Source: Ramazzottius varieornatus (taxonomy: Eukaryota; Animalia; Tardigrada). Taken from it: DNA of 64,000 nucleotides. The first letter of the stretch is position 1; every line of letters starts with the position of its first letter. The notes under the pieces are model-generated. The model saw only the letters and a program-made list of their open reading frames with translations. It ran no database searches and was not told the origin of the DNA. Positions 1 through 12,983 of this stretch are shown here, piece after piece. The translations under genes were made by a program, and so were the position numbers. The stretch spans positions 1,098,984 through 1,162,983 of the forward strand of contig BDGG01000003.1 of assembly GCA_001949185.1 (NCBI GenBank), written 5' to 3'.

Positions 1-105
1 ACTACTTTGAGATCCAACATTGCTTTCAGTGCGAAAAGAGGAGAGCAGTAGTGTAACAGTCATCAGATAAATTCACTTCGGTGCCATAAACGACGATCGT
101 TGAGT

Positions 106-2564
106 TTAATCCAGACTCAGGCCGAAACTGAAGCTTGACTGCGTTACTACAAGGGAAACTGTGACGAACAATAGCTGAAGAACGGTAAGCGGTCCACTTT
201 GCGGAGAGGTGTCAGTTGGGCCGTCATATTCAGCATCATAGTTGTTTCGAGATTCCTCCTGTTTTTGCAGGTATACGATCTGCAAACCGGTTAAAAAATG
301 AAGGCGTGTGCCATGAGTCGCAGCGATGTATTCTATCAAAACGGAAAACTTACAAGATCCTCGTCTAGTTCGCCCTCGCAAAGGTAGAAATTGCGCGCGA
401 AAAGGTTAAGGGCTATCAGGTCGTCCTGGTTGCAGTAGCTGAAGGCGGCGCAGCTGGCTATGGTAGGATTTAGTCGACGACTACAAGGGAAACAAGATGG
501 ATAAGTCGTCAGGTACTTTGGGTGACAATGGGCTCACTTACTGGCAGATCTCGCTGTTGCCAAAGACACTCTGGGCATTCGTCAGATTAAGGAGGTCCTC
601 GGGACCGAGGGCGAAATTCTGACAAGGTACGGTGCTCGCGAAGAACATTTCCATTGGGACCCCCAGCTGAGATGTTTGTCCTGGAGCGCAGTTTTTCATA
701 GCCGTCACCGTATCTGAAACATCGTTGGAATAACTGAAAGAGTCCAAATGTCTTTTCTTGATCTACGCAAAATCCTGCATAATTCTGTACCTTGTAGTAA
801 GGTGTTGTTTTTGGTGGAGTTGGCGTACAGGTGGAAGATATGCCGCATTGCGGTAATCAGCGGCTCCTCGATGGTAGCATTGCCGATGGTCGTGGTAAGA
901 TTAACGCCCTGCAACAGTGCAACAGGTGGAATCCGTACCATCGTTTGGTCACAAATCTACAGTTGGTTCGCGCCGTACCGTGGTGTTTTGAAACCTGCAG
1001 TAGGCGAGATCGTAACCGGCGAAGAGGGTGAAGACATCCGCCGAACTATTGTATGTGTTGTAGGCTTGGAGGGCGTCTTGGAGAAACTGCTGCAAGAATC
1101 TGGATCGAAGAACACATGCGTGTACAAACGCAACCGTAAATACGAGCTATCGTTCTCCGAGTTTTACCCCGATTTATCTTCGGTGGTGTTGCCGGAGACA
1201 TTGTCGTTTGTCAAGAAATGCATCATCATATTCGGAAGCTGTAAAACAAAGTTTGCAGACAATAAAAAGTTTCCACTATAGGGACAAACAGGGAAATGAA
1301 AGTGCTGATGTGATACTTCGGTAAAAGGAAGCTCGCGGTTCCATCGCGCCAACGTACACATTTCGTACTGCTTCTCGACTTTCCGTTGGGTTGGTTGATT
1401 GGAGGTTGCATAGAAGACTGTGGGATAGACGACACTGGTGGGCGGTTGCTTGTACTTGTCACGGAAGGGCACGTATTGCCCGTATAGAGGATTGGTCCGA
1501 TCAACAAAGGCGTGGTATGGTGGCTGGCGCAAACTACTCATGGTCCTAGGGGTAGCTCAGACCAAACGTTAATATCCGAAACTCGGATGTGTCTCTGCCT
1601 TGAGTGGCTGTTACGAACCTGCCCAAATAGTAGGCGCCAATAGCGGCTGTTCCACCAGCAAGAAGCATTTCTCCGCCTGCCGATTTCCGTTGTTCTGAAC
1701 CCATACTATGGTGGGTGTTGTAGGCTGGCGAGTATACAGCACGAGAAGACATGGACTTGTTGGCAGAGGGAGGGTGGACTTGTGGTCGCGGAGCAGCACC
1801 AGTGCGAATTATACCCGGTACCACGAAACCATTGGAGGTGTATGATGGTGACCGGCTTATCGTACCGGGAGAACTTCCAATACGACCACTCGAGCGCGAA
1901 AAGTAGCCGTTTCCGAATCTGAAGCCACCGCCTGTCCAAGAATAGGGATTATGCGTCTGAACTGTCTGCTTCTGCTTTTTGGAAAGTCATTGACGCTTGT
2001 GTGATCACATTATGTACGTAGGTGCACTCACCAGTTGGTGAAGGTCCTGCCGGTGATGCGCTGGAAGAGCTGTAGCTGTTACGGGACGACGATCCGAACG
2101 TGTTGCGAAAAGATGACCCCGAGCTACTTCTCCCTGTAACAGAATGACGTCGGTGGGATAACCGGCTAATCTAGCTCACAATGGAAACGAGGATAGACTT
2201 ACCGGTTGGTGCGCTGCTGCCCCAGCTTGTTGCGCGACCGCCGGAAGAACCGGATGAGCTCCATCCCGATCCAGAACGGGCAGATGAACCGTAACTGGTA
2301 CGTGAAGAAGAGCCGGAGCTACTCCGGCTGGAAGAGGATCGACTGGAGCTGCTTTGACTGGGAGGAGAACGTCCAGGACTAGAAGAGCGTCCACTCGCGC
2401 TTTTGGCCCATGCTGCTTCCAGCCAACATAACGTGATGAAAAGGACACCTAAACAAGACAATGTTTCAACCGGAGAATAGTAACCGACCTTTCGTACGTC
2501 TGTTTTTTAAAGATCACTTACCGAGGAATATAATGCAGAGCGAAATTGGAAAAGTTCGCACCAT
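106..2564 (-). CDS. Multi-exon secreted, putatively GPI-anchored protein with Ser/Gly/Arg-rich N-terminus (PrP/Shadoo-like layout, family unknown)
   Basis: ATG at 2564; exon 2522-2564 splices (GT-AG) to 2448, giving signal peptide MVRTFPISLCIIFLGVLFITLCWLEAAWA. Then an S/G/R low-complexity tract, hydrophobic MLLAGGTAAIGAYYLG, a Cys-containing region with N-glycosylation sequons, and hydrophobic tail PLTVLQLLFVTVSLVV before the stop at 106. Some internal exon junctions were not traced exactly. Confidence 0.7.
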
Positions 2565-4389
2565 GTTGCAGCTACAGTGAGAGGTGCGGACTGTTTAGCG
2601 ACCGTACTCCATCTGCAGGAGAACAAATCAGGAAGGTTATTCTGCAAGACTAAGTTGATCGAGAAGGGGATAAGGAGTATCGTACGAGCGAAGAAATCAA
2701 ACCGTGAGACTAATAGCGAAACCTCAACCTATGGGAGAGGAAAATAATCGCGGACTCTTCTTTGCTGTATGACTGATGGTGTAAGACTACTGGGCAATTC
2801 TTGTTTTTTCTTGTGCTATGTTGACCGTGCCCATTGACGACATTTCATCAGGCAAAGATTGGCGTCACTGCGAATGGGTATACTGTACCTGCCCAACCTG
2901 CTGACGGAAGCAGACTTTCAAGTGAAGCTTTGTTTTCTCAAGGAGTGGTACTGTAATGAGTCGGCAGTCTGACCAATACGCAGTCGGTTAGTTAAACAGG
3001 GGCTTGCGCAAGCAAGGGAAAAACTTTGTTGTTAACTCTTTTTAGATTCAATCATGGCCAAGCAATCACTAGACCACAGCTGTCATTCTCTGCAGTCAAC
3101 CACCAGTCACTTTCAAGGAAAAACCAAGGCATCTGTGACCTTTCGTACAAAACTGAGTCTTGGATTAAAAATACAGTAATGTTTACCAAAACTCGACAGT
3201 TCTAAGCGACCACGTTGACGGAAGGTTTGATGTTCATGTCGAGCTCATTCCATCGGGAATGGATGAGAATAACTGCAAGAAGGAACAAACAAGAAAGTTC
3301 AGTTTCACCGGTCCTGAAAAGTGGTACTGCCAACGAAACTTGGCGTAGATTATATAACTCTAAATACTCGCCGACGAGCTTATCTATTTCACAGTGTTCT
3401 GAATCTTGTTCTTCCGAATAACAACGTGGGAAGTGTTTCATCTCCCAGTACATCTCATCTGGAACTCGACGGAAGCCGTAAGCATTGAAATTAAACTATA
3501 CTGGTTCGGAATGAATACGTTTTACGAGTGATTCTGGACGTTCGGTTTCAGCAGTACCGGTGCAAGCTGGTTTCGTTGTTTTGGTGTTATTCGTAAGACG
3601 TGCTTCATCGAATCTTGTGTGTGAAACGAAGCGTCAGTCAGTCTCCGTACGCCTTTCAACTTCCTCTTTGTCGACATAGCCATTGAAGATGCATCGATCG
3701 ATTGGTGCCTCTGACATGCCACTTGCCGCAGTACATCGCGAGATACGTATGTTTCTGAATCTGGGCTTACTCTCAACAATAATGCAAATTTTGGTTGTCC
3801 ATCGACTTCGTGATGCCGCCAGTAACATTGAACAGCATGGCCATTCTGTCCTTCGATCGTCTATAGGCGGTTAGTTACGGTGAGTTACTCCACCGGCTAC
3901 ATGACTTACAGTCACACTCATCGTACACCCATGGTCTTCATTTTTGTCTGCTTGCCTCTTTTGAGCCAGTCGTCCGGTATTTCTAATTCAAACACCACCA
4001 AGTAGAACATATTTTATACTTCCGTGTCACCTGACAGGTGGTTTACTGGTTCAATCAATCAACCGGGAAAAGTCGCTGATTCAGACAAGGAAATATGGGC
4101 CATTTTCGACAGCCGCCCTTCCGTTCACGGTAAAACCTAAATGACCGAAATGTAGTACAAACATCCAGTACAGAAGGAGATGTGCAGCAAATTTGTCTTG
4201 TGGAGTCTTTCAATACAGGTTCTGAACCTCATTTTACAACAATTTTTTTATGGACGAAGGACTTCAATATTGAATATCCTCCGATCTTCTCGTTGTGAAT
4301 TTTAACTGATACCACGGAGTGCGTTCTCCACAGTGAGCATGGTTTTATGGCGCAAAGGGTAGAGATGATGGAGAAGAGAAACGCTGGAA

Positions 4390-5770
4390 GAAATACGATG
4401 AAATCCGATATTCTTCGATAAAATATCGCAGGATATTTTATCGCAGTCTTCGATCTTCATTCAGCATCGATGTTTCGATATATTTTTCCGAAACCTTATT
4501 TTCGATGTATCGTCTCATATCGCAGCGATATATCGACATTTCTGCAGTTTTACTTTTTCCGCTATCCTACTGGTTCAAACCCAAGAACTCAAAAAGTCGT
4601 TTTCCGCATCATTCTTTAGTAAGGTTGGAAGCGTCAGTTGCATGCAGCAAAAACGTGACTGTACCAAGACTTCAAACTCATGGAAACCTTGATAAAATTA
4701 CTACCAAGACCAAATGGACGGAGCGTGTTCGCCTGCCCGGCATGCGATGGCCAGAATCAAGGCTTTGAAATCAACAATAGTTTTTCGTAAACCTGATATT
4801 ATCCGATACATTATTACCTGATATTATTGCCGAGTTTTGCATTCAGCAAAATACCGATATGTCGAAAGTATATCGTTATGGCGCGATACGGTATCTGCCG
4901 CATATTTTATCACATAAATTCGGTATATCTTCGATACGATATCGGTATGTCGTATGGTTGCCAGGACTACATAAGGGTATTGCGACTTAATCTAATCTTA
5001 ATTTAATAAGCCCGGGCGGTCAGAGTTCTAATATAATCTTGATACAATATGCCCCGACCGCAGAGCATCTAAAATAATGTTAATATGTCAACTTGTGTCG
5101 CTGGGTTCTTATTATAATTTATTATAATATTTCATCCATTTCTAGTTCCGCATATCAATGGGAAAAGTTAACTCTCTTCCTTCACAAGTTCATTAGTAAA
5201 ACAGTTTATCCAGATCCAGCAATAAAACGGTCATGAATTATCAGTTGAAAGTACCACCAAGGAACCGTCCAAAAATAACAACAGTTTTAGCGGCTGTTGT
5301 CTCTGCTGCCTGGTGCTCAGGGAAGTCCCTTCTTTCAAGCCGCGCTGGCATCCTTGGGACGAAAGTCGTCCTAAACGCATTGCAGGATCACGCTGCAATG
5401 TGTTTTTTACAGCGTGAGTGGCGGGTATGCAAGTGAGTCCCCGAAATTGCAGTCCTTCAGTCAAGTCACCACATTCGAACGTTCGTGAGTGTAAGACACG
5501 CGCAGGTGCTTGATGCGTAAGATTTACTGGCATACAGCACACTGCGCACAGTTCCACGCCGGTTGCGGACGCAAATCAAGGATTACTTTAATCAACTGAA
5601 GCCAAAATCCGTACCTTAACAATGTTAATACGGGGCGCCCTGCGAATTGATTTTATTATGATAATTCTAGCTCTGGCTTTCATCTAATCTAATACTAATA
5701 AATATCCCACCTCGGCCGAGGCATCTAATAAATGTTACTATGATATACTAGATGCAAAAAGCATCTAATA
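4390..5770. repeat. Fields of short dispersed motifs (CGATA/TATCG, then TAAT/ATTA), probably subterminal repeats of decayed DNA transposons
   Basis: Dense CGATA/TATCG at about 4395-4540 and 4790-4955, ending in GGTTGCCAGGACT. TAAT-rich blocks at about 4985-5130 and 5580-5770. No paired TIRs found. Confidence 0.3.
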
Positions 5771-7822
5771 ACATTTCTGGTAGCTGTCCTGTTCGTTGCA
5801 GATGCGCCTTGAGTTGTTTATTTGATCGAGTGAAACTACATCGATCCTCCGGTCTTCTATCATGTGGCTTCTTGGATGGGCTACGCGCTTTCCGCTTTTG
5901 ACCCCTGTACGTGCTTTGCCGGCAGTCGAGACGTAAAGAACGCGTTCAGAAGAAAGGCTGATGGGACAGAAGAGAGCCAATGGTGGATCAACCGAGTACT
6001 AGTAAGCGTGGAACTGCCGGAACCTGTGGACGAGCTAGTGCCGTGAAGGGAAAGTATAGCGTAAAGAACTCTCACCACGGCAAAAAGCCTGCAACAGAAC
6101 TTCTGGCTCAGGCGGTGGGCTAATTCACACCGCACCTCGATTAATAAGTTTTATCGTCCGACTAGCGAGGAACTTCAAACTTCGAATTGATAGAGAACCT
6201 GACGGTGCCGGCGCTCTGACTGTTGTTCAACACAAAACCCCACTCGGCAAGTCTTCCAGACAAACCACTACTGATACTTTCCTGTCCGTCACATGAGTCA
6301 CCCTTTCTTCCTTTAGGACCTGTAGGCTACTCGTTCGTTTCAGAGACTTACCTCGCCAGCGTCCTCGACTTTGATCCTACAGGAACCTCAGGTTTCGCTG
6401 ACCATCGACAGTTTTATCCACTGAGGAAGATTCAAGGACCTCGTAGACCCCTCAGTCAGCCAGTTAGGCTTTACAGAAGACCGGCAAAAGCTGGAGTTTG
6501 TACTGCACTTTACTAATGAATATTCAACTGAAGGAAAAAGAGTGTCGAACAACTGACAGCTTCCAGCTTATATACTTTTAACGAAGCGCCGCCTGTAGGG
6601 CTGGCTTATTACCTTGAAGAAATCCCTATCAGTCGTACACTCGTCGTACTCTTACTCTCGTAGAATAATTCTAGTTTTAAATTGCGAAGGAAATTCTCGC
6701 TACGAAAGACTCTTTTGGGTCCATGGTTCTGCGGATATGAACGGGACCCATATCAGTTCGAACCTACGAAGAAGCTACGCTCCATTATTTAACCCCCGTC
6801 GGCTTCTAGCACCGACATCCGTCAAAAATAAATCATGGCACATGAATGATTCTTATCTGGAATACCATAGTCATGTCACTTATATTGAGAGGATGGCAGG
6901 AAAAACCGGTCCTGTGTCGATGTCACCGTCATCGCATTTGGAAGCACGATTAGGCTCTCCGGTACAAATGGCGCTATGAACGGCAGTTATCAGTGTATGA
7001 CCGTCCTCCACGTTGTGATAGTCACTGTATGCCGGTTGCTACGATGTACTGACTCCACTGGGATTTTACCCACCAAAGGTCCAAAACAATCGCTCGCATG
7101 TCCCACCATTCAGCCGAAAATGATCGAAAAATCAGCTGTTCGGTGGGGATAACCGTGGAAACTATCACGGATCTTGAGACATTCGAACGCCTTCCATATC
7201 GATGCTAGAAGCTTCTGGTTTGTAAAGATTGCCTTGTTGAGGCTGCGCCGCTGACCAACGCAACAATCATTCCTAAAACGAAGGTGCTACCTCGTCAAGA
7301 TGGATTCATCGAGCACCGAGATGCGCCATGGGGGAAGCCACTCGGATCATCACCACCACCATGGTACTGGGTGCTGCATTTTTTACCACTTTCCACAGGC
7401 AGTTTCAATCAGATCTGAGCTTTTTTTTGTTATTTTGTTCACGTTGACAGAGCGAAACACGGTACCGGAAGCGTGACACGTTCATCACCGATATTTTGAA
7501 AATCCATTTCCCCAGAATCATGGTGCACTTCCTCGTCGTCCGGAGGAAAACCTCGAACAGGCTTTCAACCTTCTGCAGAACGTCGACCACTACTACCGTG
7601 ATGAGAAGCTGGACCACGAGAAAGCCGACCTTTACACTGGAACAGCCGGAGTGGCATACGCTTGTCATCGCTTGATTACTATCAAAGGCGTCACTCAAAA
7701 AATGCAGCAAACAGCTGTCGATGTGACCGATCGATTTCTGGGCTTCGCTCTGCGCCCAGGAGCCAAAACTCAGGTAAGAAAAATGGGCATTATTCTTGGT
7801 TCTACCTCAAACGCGCGGCTAG

Positions 7823-8017
7823 TCAAGACGAGCGAAGCGAGGAGTTTATAAGTCTATCACAATCTCAATGGATGTCGCTAATGATGAAGCTTCCTGAAAT
7901 CGCAAACTTTGCAGTTTAAAATAGTGTGTCAGTTGATCCGGGTAGCAAAAAAGCTCTACTCGCACACGCTGTGCGTCTACGCATTCGCTCGTCGTCCCCA
8001 GTGGTCAAAGCCACTAG
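7823..8017 (+). mobile_element. Non-autonomous Helitron/Helentron-like element, copy A
   Basis: 5' TCAAGACGAGCGAAGCGAGG; 3' TTCGCTCG...CCCAGTGGTCAAAGCCACTAG (hairpin plus CTAG). Same termini as copies B and C. Confidence 0.65.
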
Positions 8018-8482
8018 TTTAGGGTAGTATAGCGGCGGAAAGAACAGCCGTCTTGTTGGGAGGCGGTCCGACGACTGGCCTATGGTCACTGGTCACTGGC
8101 TGCGAAGGCTGCGAGAGGGGGTGAAGGCGGCCCGTTCCGATGATAGTATACAGTCCATTCGCTCGAGATCTGTTATCTAATTGGACGGTTCAAAACTGAA
8201 AGATCAGGAAAATTAACGAGCCTGCTCGCCATGCCGCAACTCATCTGGGCGCATACGACTTGATTACTTGATTACATCGGTCGAAGCATGGTGTTATCTT
8301 ATGTTGTGTAATATTGAATATGGGCTTGGCATGCGTTGTGGTGAATGGATGGCGGGCCCAGAATTGAAGCCGTGAAATCAGGTAACAGATCTCGAACGAG
8401 TGGACTGGAAATAGGATTTTCAACGAAATCCAACCCAGTAAAAAGAATACCAGGGCAGACTACTCGGACAGGACTTCAGATA

Positions 8483-9497
8483 TCAGACTTCCTCTTCGAA
8501 GTAATCACCAACACTAGCGAGGCACTTCTCCCATTTCTCTGGAAGAGAATGCATGCCAGTGCGATAGACGTCCGGTGAAAGCGAAGAAATAGACTCTTCG
8601 AAGGCATCTTTCACAGCTTGCTCTGAGAAAAATGTTTTGTCTCGCAGGAAGTTATCTAAATTTCAAGAGAAGTGATAATCTGTTGGAGAATGGTCCGGAG
8701 AATACGGAGGATGAAAGAGAGTTTCCAGTCCCAGCTCCTGCAGCTTTGCGGTAGTTTTTTCCGCACTTTGAAGTTATCATGCAACAGGAGCGGTGCGAGA
8801 CGATTGACTAATTTAGGCATTGGAACGGCAAGCTTCTTCATGACCGTCTCGATTTCCAAACAGTAGTAGTCCGCATTGTTCGTTTTGCCCGGTGGAAGAA
8901 AGTCATAGTGCACGAGGCCGCGAGAAGTCCACCACACAGTGATCATGACTTTCTTTTGATGGAGTTCTGGCTTCGGAATTTTCTGTGGCTCTTCCCCCTT
9001 GTCCAACCACTGCCGCTTACGGTTGCTGTACAGGATCCATTTCTCGTCACGAGTAATAATGCGATCCAAGATCGATTCGTTCCTGTTACAGATCAGGTGA
9101 CAAAGAAAAGCCATAAATCTGAATTCTTTTTGGAGTGCGCCAAGTGAGTGAGGCACCAACTTTTCCGAATTTCTTACCTTCCCAGGTTATGTAAATGTTC
9201 GGTGATGAAACGAGAAGATACACCGAAGTTTCTCGATAATTGCACAGTAGTCTGGGAAGGATCGGATTCGACGAGCGTTTTCAGTACTTCGTTGTCCACT
9301 TTCAGCTTTGGTCGTCCCTGGGGGTGATCTTCGAGTGAAAAACCTCCAGAACGGAAGCGTCCAAACCAGCGACCTACCGACATCTTGTTAGCAGTTCCTT
9401 TCCCAAGTACGCGGTTTGCTTCTTTGACGGTCAAAGATACGCTGGTGCCTCAGCGAAATTCATACTCCAAAACCTCTCGTAGTTTCGCTTTATCCAT
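8483..9497 (-). mobile_element. Decayed mariner (Mos1/SETMAR-type) transposase
   Basis: HTH region (VGRWFGRFRSGGFSLED..GRP), ITRDEKW, LLHDN, PYSPDHSPTDYH in a shifted frame, C-terminal LPEKWEKCL..GDYFE. Contains stops and frameshifts; a TIR pair was not found. Confidence 0.9.
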
Positions 9498-9696
9498 GGT
9501 CCAAAGAAAAGTCTTCTCGCTCAGTGCCGAAGCAACCGACTCACAAAACTAAACTACTAGACGAAGGTAAACACTTGTAGGAGCGACTGAAAAAAAAGTT
9601 CAAGACGAAAGGAAATGGGGGAGCAGAGATGCGTATTTTTGAATTCAAAGTGTTTTCAGGAGTAAAAAGTCATACTTCCGCATCTGATATGACTAG

Positions 9697-10078
9697 CTAG
9701 TGGTCCTGACAACTGGGAAGGCCGAGCGAATGCGATAACAACAAAAGAGAAAAAAAGGGGGATGACGGATTAGGCTCTTCTGACCACTGAACCCCCTTCC
9801 CCTTCCCCCATTCCCTTTCCCCTTTCCCCCTTCCCCCATGGTTGCCAATGTTTTTTGCGTAAGACTTCTGCAAACTGGCAAAGTCTTTCTCGTGGTCGGA
9901 CGTTTTTCTTAATGCTCTCATTGTGACAGGCATATCGAGTTTGCTTAGGATTGCGAATAAAAAGTTTTTGCAACCCCGGTCAACTCGCGCGTCGTTGGTT
10001 CACATAACGGAGTTTGCGATATCAGAAAGCTTCACCATTTTCGACAGATCTATAAAGGTCTCGCTTTGCTCGTCCTGA
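9697..10078 (-). mobile_element. Non-autonomous Helitron/Helentron-like element, copy B
   Basis: Reverse strand starts TCAGGACGAGCAAAGCGAGACC and ends TTCGCTCGGCCTTCCCAGTTGTCAGGACCACTAG. Contains an internal (TTCCCC)n-like tract. Confidence 0.65.
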
Positions 10079-11249
10079 AAAGCTGCAACGCCTGGTGTTG
10101 TACATAACTATAATCGAATTTATCAAACCGTATAAAGTAGAGAAGTCTGTGGAATGTTTTCTGTAGGGGTTCTTGACTGGGGACCCATGTGTTTTGGTGG
10201 TGTCCGCTCTGTACTACAAGGACATTGGTGATTCCAAGAAAGCGAAAGAGTGCATTCACGAGTATGTGAAGATGTGCGCCGACGTCGACCGGATGAAAGT
10301 CAAGGATTCGACGGGTGGTGTGCCGCCGAAAATCGGTGCACGTGGCGACCCAAAGTCCATGTTTTCGTGATACGGTACCACTTTAGGCGCGGCTCATGGG
10401 ATTGCTGCTATCCTTCAGATACTTCTCTGCTTCCCCGGGGCTTTGTCAGTCGTACAAGGAGCCGAACACGACATTCGAAAGGGCATCGATTACTTTCTGA
10501 GCCAGCAGTTGCCCAACGGTAACTTCCCAGCGAAGTTTGGAGAGACGGACCGCGAAGACTTGGTTCATTGGTGCCATGGCGCTCCAGGTAATTGCCATGT
10601 CCAAGCAAACCATTAGATCTTCGCTTCTTCAGAGCCGTTAACCTTACTCTCTTCTAAGCTGTATTTTGTGCGCTCAGGAGTAATCAACATGCTGGCCAAA
10701 GCATACCTCTACTTCAACGACAAGCGCCACCTTGAGGCTTGCGGTCGCTGCGCGGATTTCATCTGGCAGAAAGGCCTACTGCGAAAAGGTACGGCTTTAT
10801 TTCAATCTACACGGGCTCTCCAGTGGAGAAAAGCTCATTGGGGGTGAGTTTCCAGGTTCTGGTTTGTGTCATGGCATTTCCGGGAATGGCTATGCATTCC
10901 TGCTGATGTACCGCCTGACAGGGAACGAAGAGTTCTTGTACCGAGCAAAATGCTCCGCGGACTTCCAGTTCCAGCCGAGTGTTCTAGAGACATCTCGCAC
11001 GCCCGATCACCCTTACTCGTAAGCGAGTTCGCGTTGAGCAGTTATCCTCAAGAAATCTTGTACTATAATTTGTATCATAATCTTGTATTATCTTCCGGTT
11101 TGATTGCTCGGACAGACATTCATTAATTTTTGTAGCTGATCTGTCGATGTTTCTTGGTTTGGGTTACATTCTGTCTGCAATCAGTCTCCGCTTTATCATG
11201 ATGGGGCATAATATTTATGTTGAAGGCTCGTGTTGAGTTGTGCTTTAGT

Positions 11250-12724
11250 TTAGAGTTTGGCGATACGACCGAGTAACAACAATAGACCGCTGGCATCATG
11301 TCGAACGGCGAACAGGAAAGGATGATCGGCGTGAAACTCTAGTGGCTCTGGCTCGATCGAAGCGGAATACTCGATCACCCCTACGAACGTTGCAGCAGTG
11401 GCTTCCGTGGACTCTTCGTTCACATCTGTAAACCCGATCGTTATTATCAAGCTCTTTTGATCGGCGAATCCGAGTTTGATCCGTAGATCCCAATGGTCTC
11501 AAATCTATACTGATCACTTACCCACGAATGCTTTGTGCACCACAGACGACACCTTCAGCGCATCATCGGCAATCCCACTCAGGTCTCCTCCCTCGCAGAT
11601 CTTTACCACGCCAAGCGCTTTCAGTTCTTCCTCCAGATCATAACATTCCTCCAGTTTGAACTTCGGCATTTTCAGGTGGATCTTCGTTCTTTCTGAAGCC
11701 CCGTGTATAACTCCGCCTAGTTTCTCCGCAGTCAACGCTTTCTCCAGCGCCGCTAGCCCGTCACTTTTCCCTGGCAGTAACACCAATAGGGAAAGCTCTC
11801 CTCCTTCGTAAGGCTTAGAAATCATGTGGAACGAAGGCAGATCGTTTCTTGTGCCGGCCAGATTACTGTAATACTTCAAAAGACTGTTGTCTTTTTCCAT
11901 CGTGGGCACTTGGCTCGTACTGCCATCTAGGTTCGTGAAGTTTCTCGATTTCGTCATGGCGGAATCCAGCACATCTGCCCATTTGTTTTTGAAGTAGATA
12001 GCGTTGATCAAGGTCAGGATTGTATTCTCGTTAACGTTCTCCTTCGTCACCAGGTTCTTGATCTGTCCGCTGGTCTGTTGTTCGACCCACTGGTTGATTT
12101 CTTTTCTGGCGTCTTCAGGTCTATCCTTGAAATCTATCGTTTCGATCGAACTGTTCAACGTGGACTGGACTATCAGTTCGAACGAGTCTTTCGCTGTGAA
12201 AGTCTCTTCCAAATAAAGGCGATTAGCCAGGTCGAGACTGTAGCTCTTTTCGCAAGACGGTTGGAAGATTGGCATGATGGTGTGGAATGACTGGAGGGTT
12301 GCTGCAGCATCCTGGCTTCCGTGGAACAGACGCAAGGTTCTTGTTAGCTCCTTGGCGGTTTCACCGTTCGCGCCTGCGTAAACCAGCATCAAGGCCGAAG
12401 CGATGCCGATCGGCGAAAAGAAGATATTGGTGTTGTTGTCCAATTTCGCTGCGATGTGCTTGTACATATCCAGAGAAAAGTGGTTGAGTCCATCGTGCAG
12501 ACTGCTGGATTCCACCTTGTTATTGACTACACCTGTAAACAACAAACAAACCATAGCGCAGTAACTAGCGTGGAAATTCTTCTTCGTATTTGTTCGCTGT
12601 TCGAATAATTTTAATGTTAGCGTAAATTAATCAGATTTTTACCCTTGTCGGACGAGGTTGCGCCAGCACGGAGCGACACTAGTAACGACGACCCAAGGAA
12701 CACAACTGTTATTGGGAGATGCAT
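11250..12724 (-). CDS. Secreted serpin (serine protease inhibitor), 3 exons
   Basis: Exon 1 MHLPITVVFLGSSLLVSLRAG (signal peptide). Motifs NIFFSPIGIASAL, INQWVEQQTSGQI, LINAIYFKNKW, MPKFKLE; intron about 11427-11521; then DVNEESTEATAAT and FHADHPFLFAVR. Confidence 0.93.
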
Positions 12725-12983
12725 CTTTCCGTGCAGAGGAAGTGCGGGGAATGAGCAGTCGCGAGTTCAAAATAGACAGCTGACGATAATAAACAGATAA
12801 TGCATTAGGGACCATACATCTATTACGTAAGCCTTTGATACTAGGATGTCCGACCCCTACCACCCCATGTAAGCAAATTCAATCAATCAACTAGCCTTTC
12901 ATAACGGGCTGTAAGATTCCGGCGACCACTACCCGCCCCTGCCTGCTTACGTAATAAATGTACGCTCCCTTTTGATCCAGATA

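Larger units (their letters stand above)
7300..11022 (+). pseudogene. LanC-like protein (LANCL3-type) pseudogene
   Basis: Motifs RYFENPF, DLYTGTAGVAY, LGAAHGIAAILQILL, LVHWCHGAPG, IWQKGLLRK, GLCHGISGNGYAFL, RTPDHPYS. In-frame TGA at about 7474 and 10368 (the latter where Trp/Tyr is expected), a frameshift at about 7510, and no recognisable last exon. Intron 7773-10167 holds transposons. Confidence 0.85.

Noticed and set aside
748-1281. 177-aa plus-strand ORF
   Set aside because: Antisense shadow of the exons of the 106-2564 gene.
3202-3900. Short minus-strand ORFs with possible splice sites
   Set aside because: No recognisable motif or coherent gene model.
6340-6600. Minus-strand TATATAA plus TCAGT resembling an LTR or promoter
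   Set aside because: No second LTR, PBS or intact downstream ORF found.
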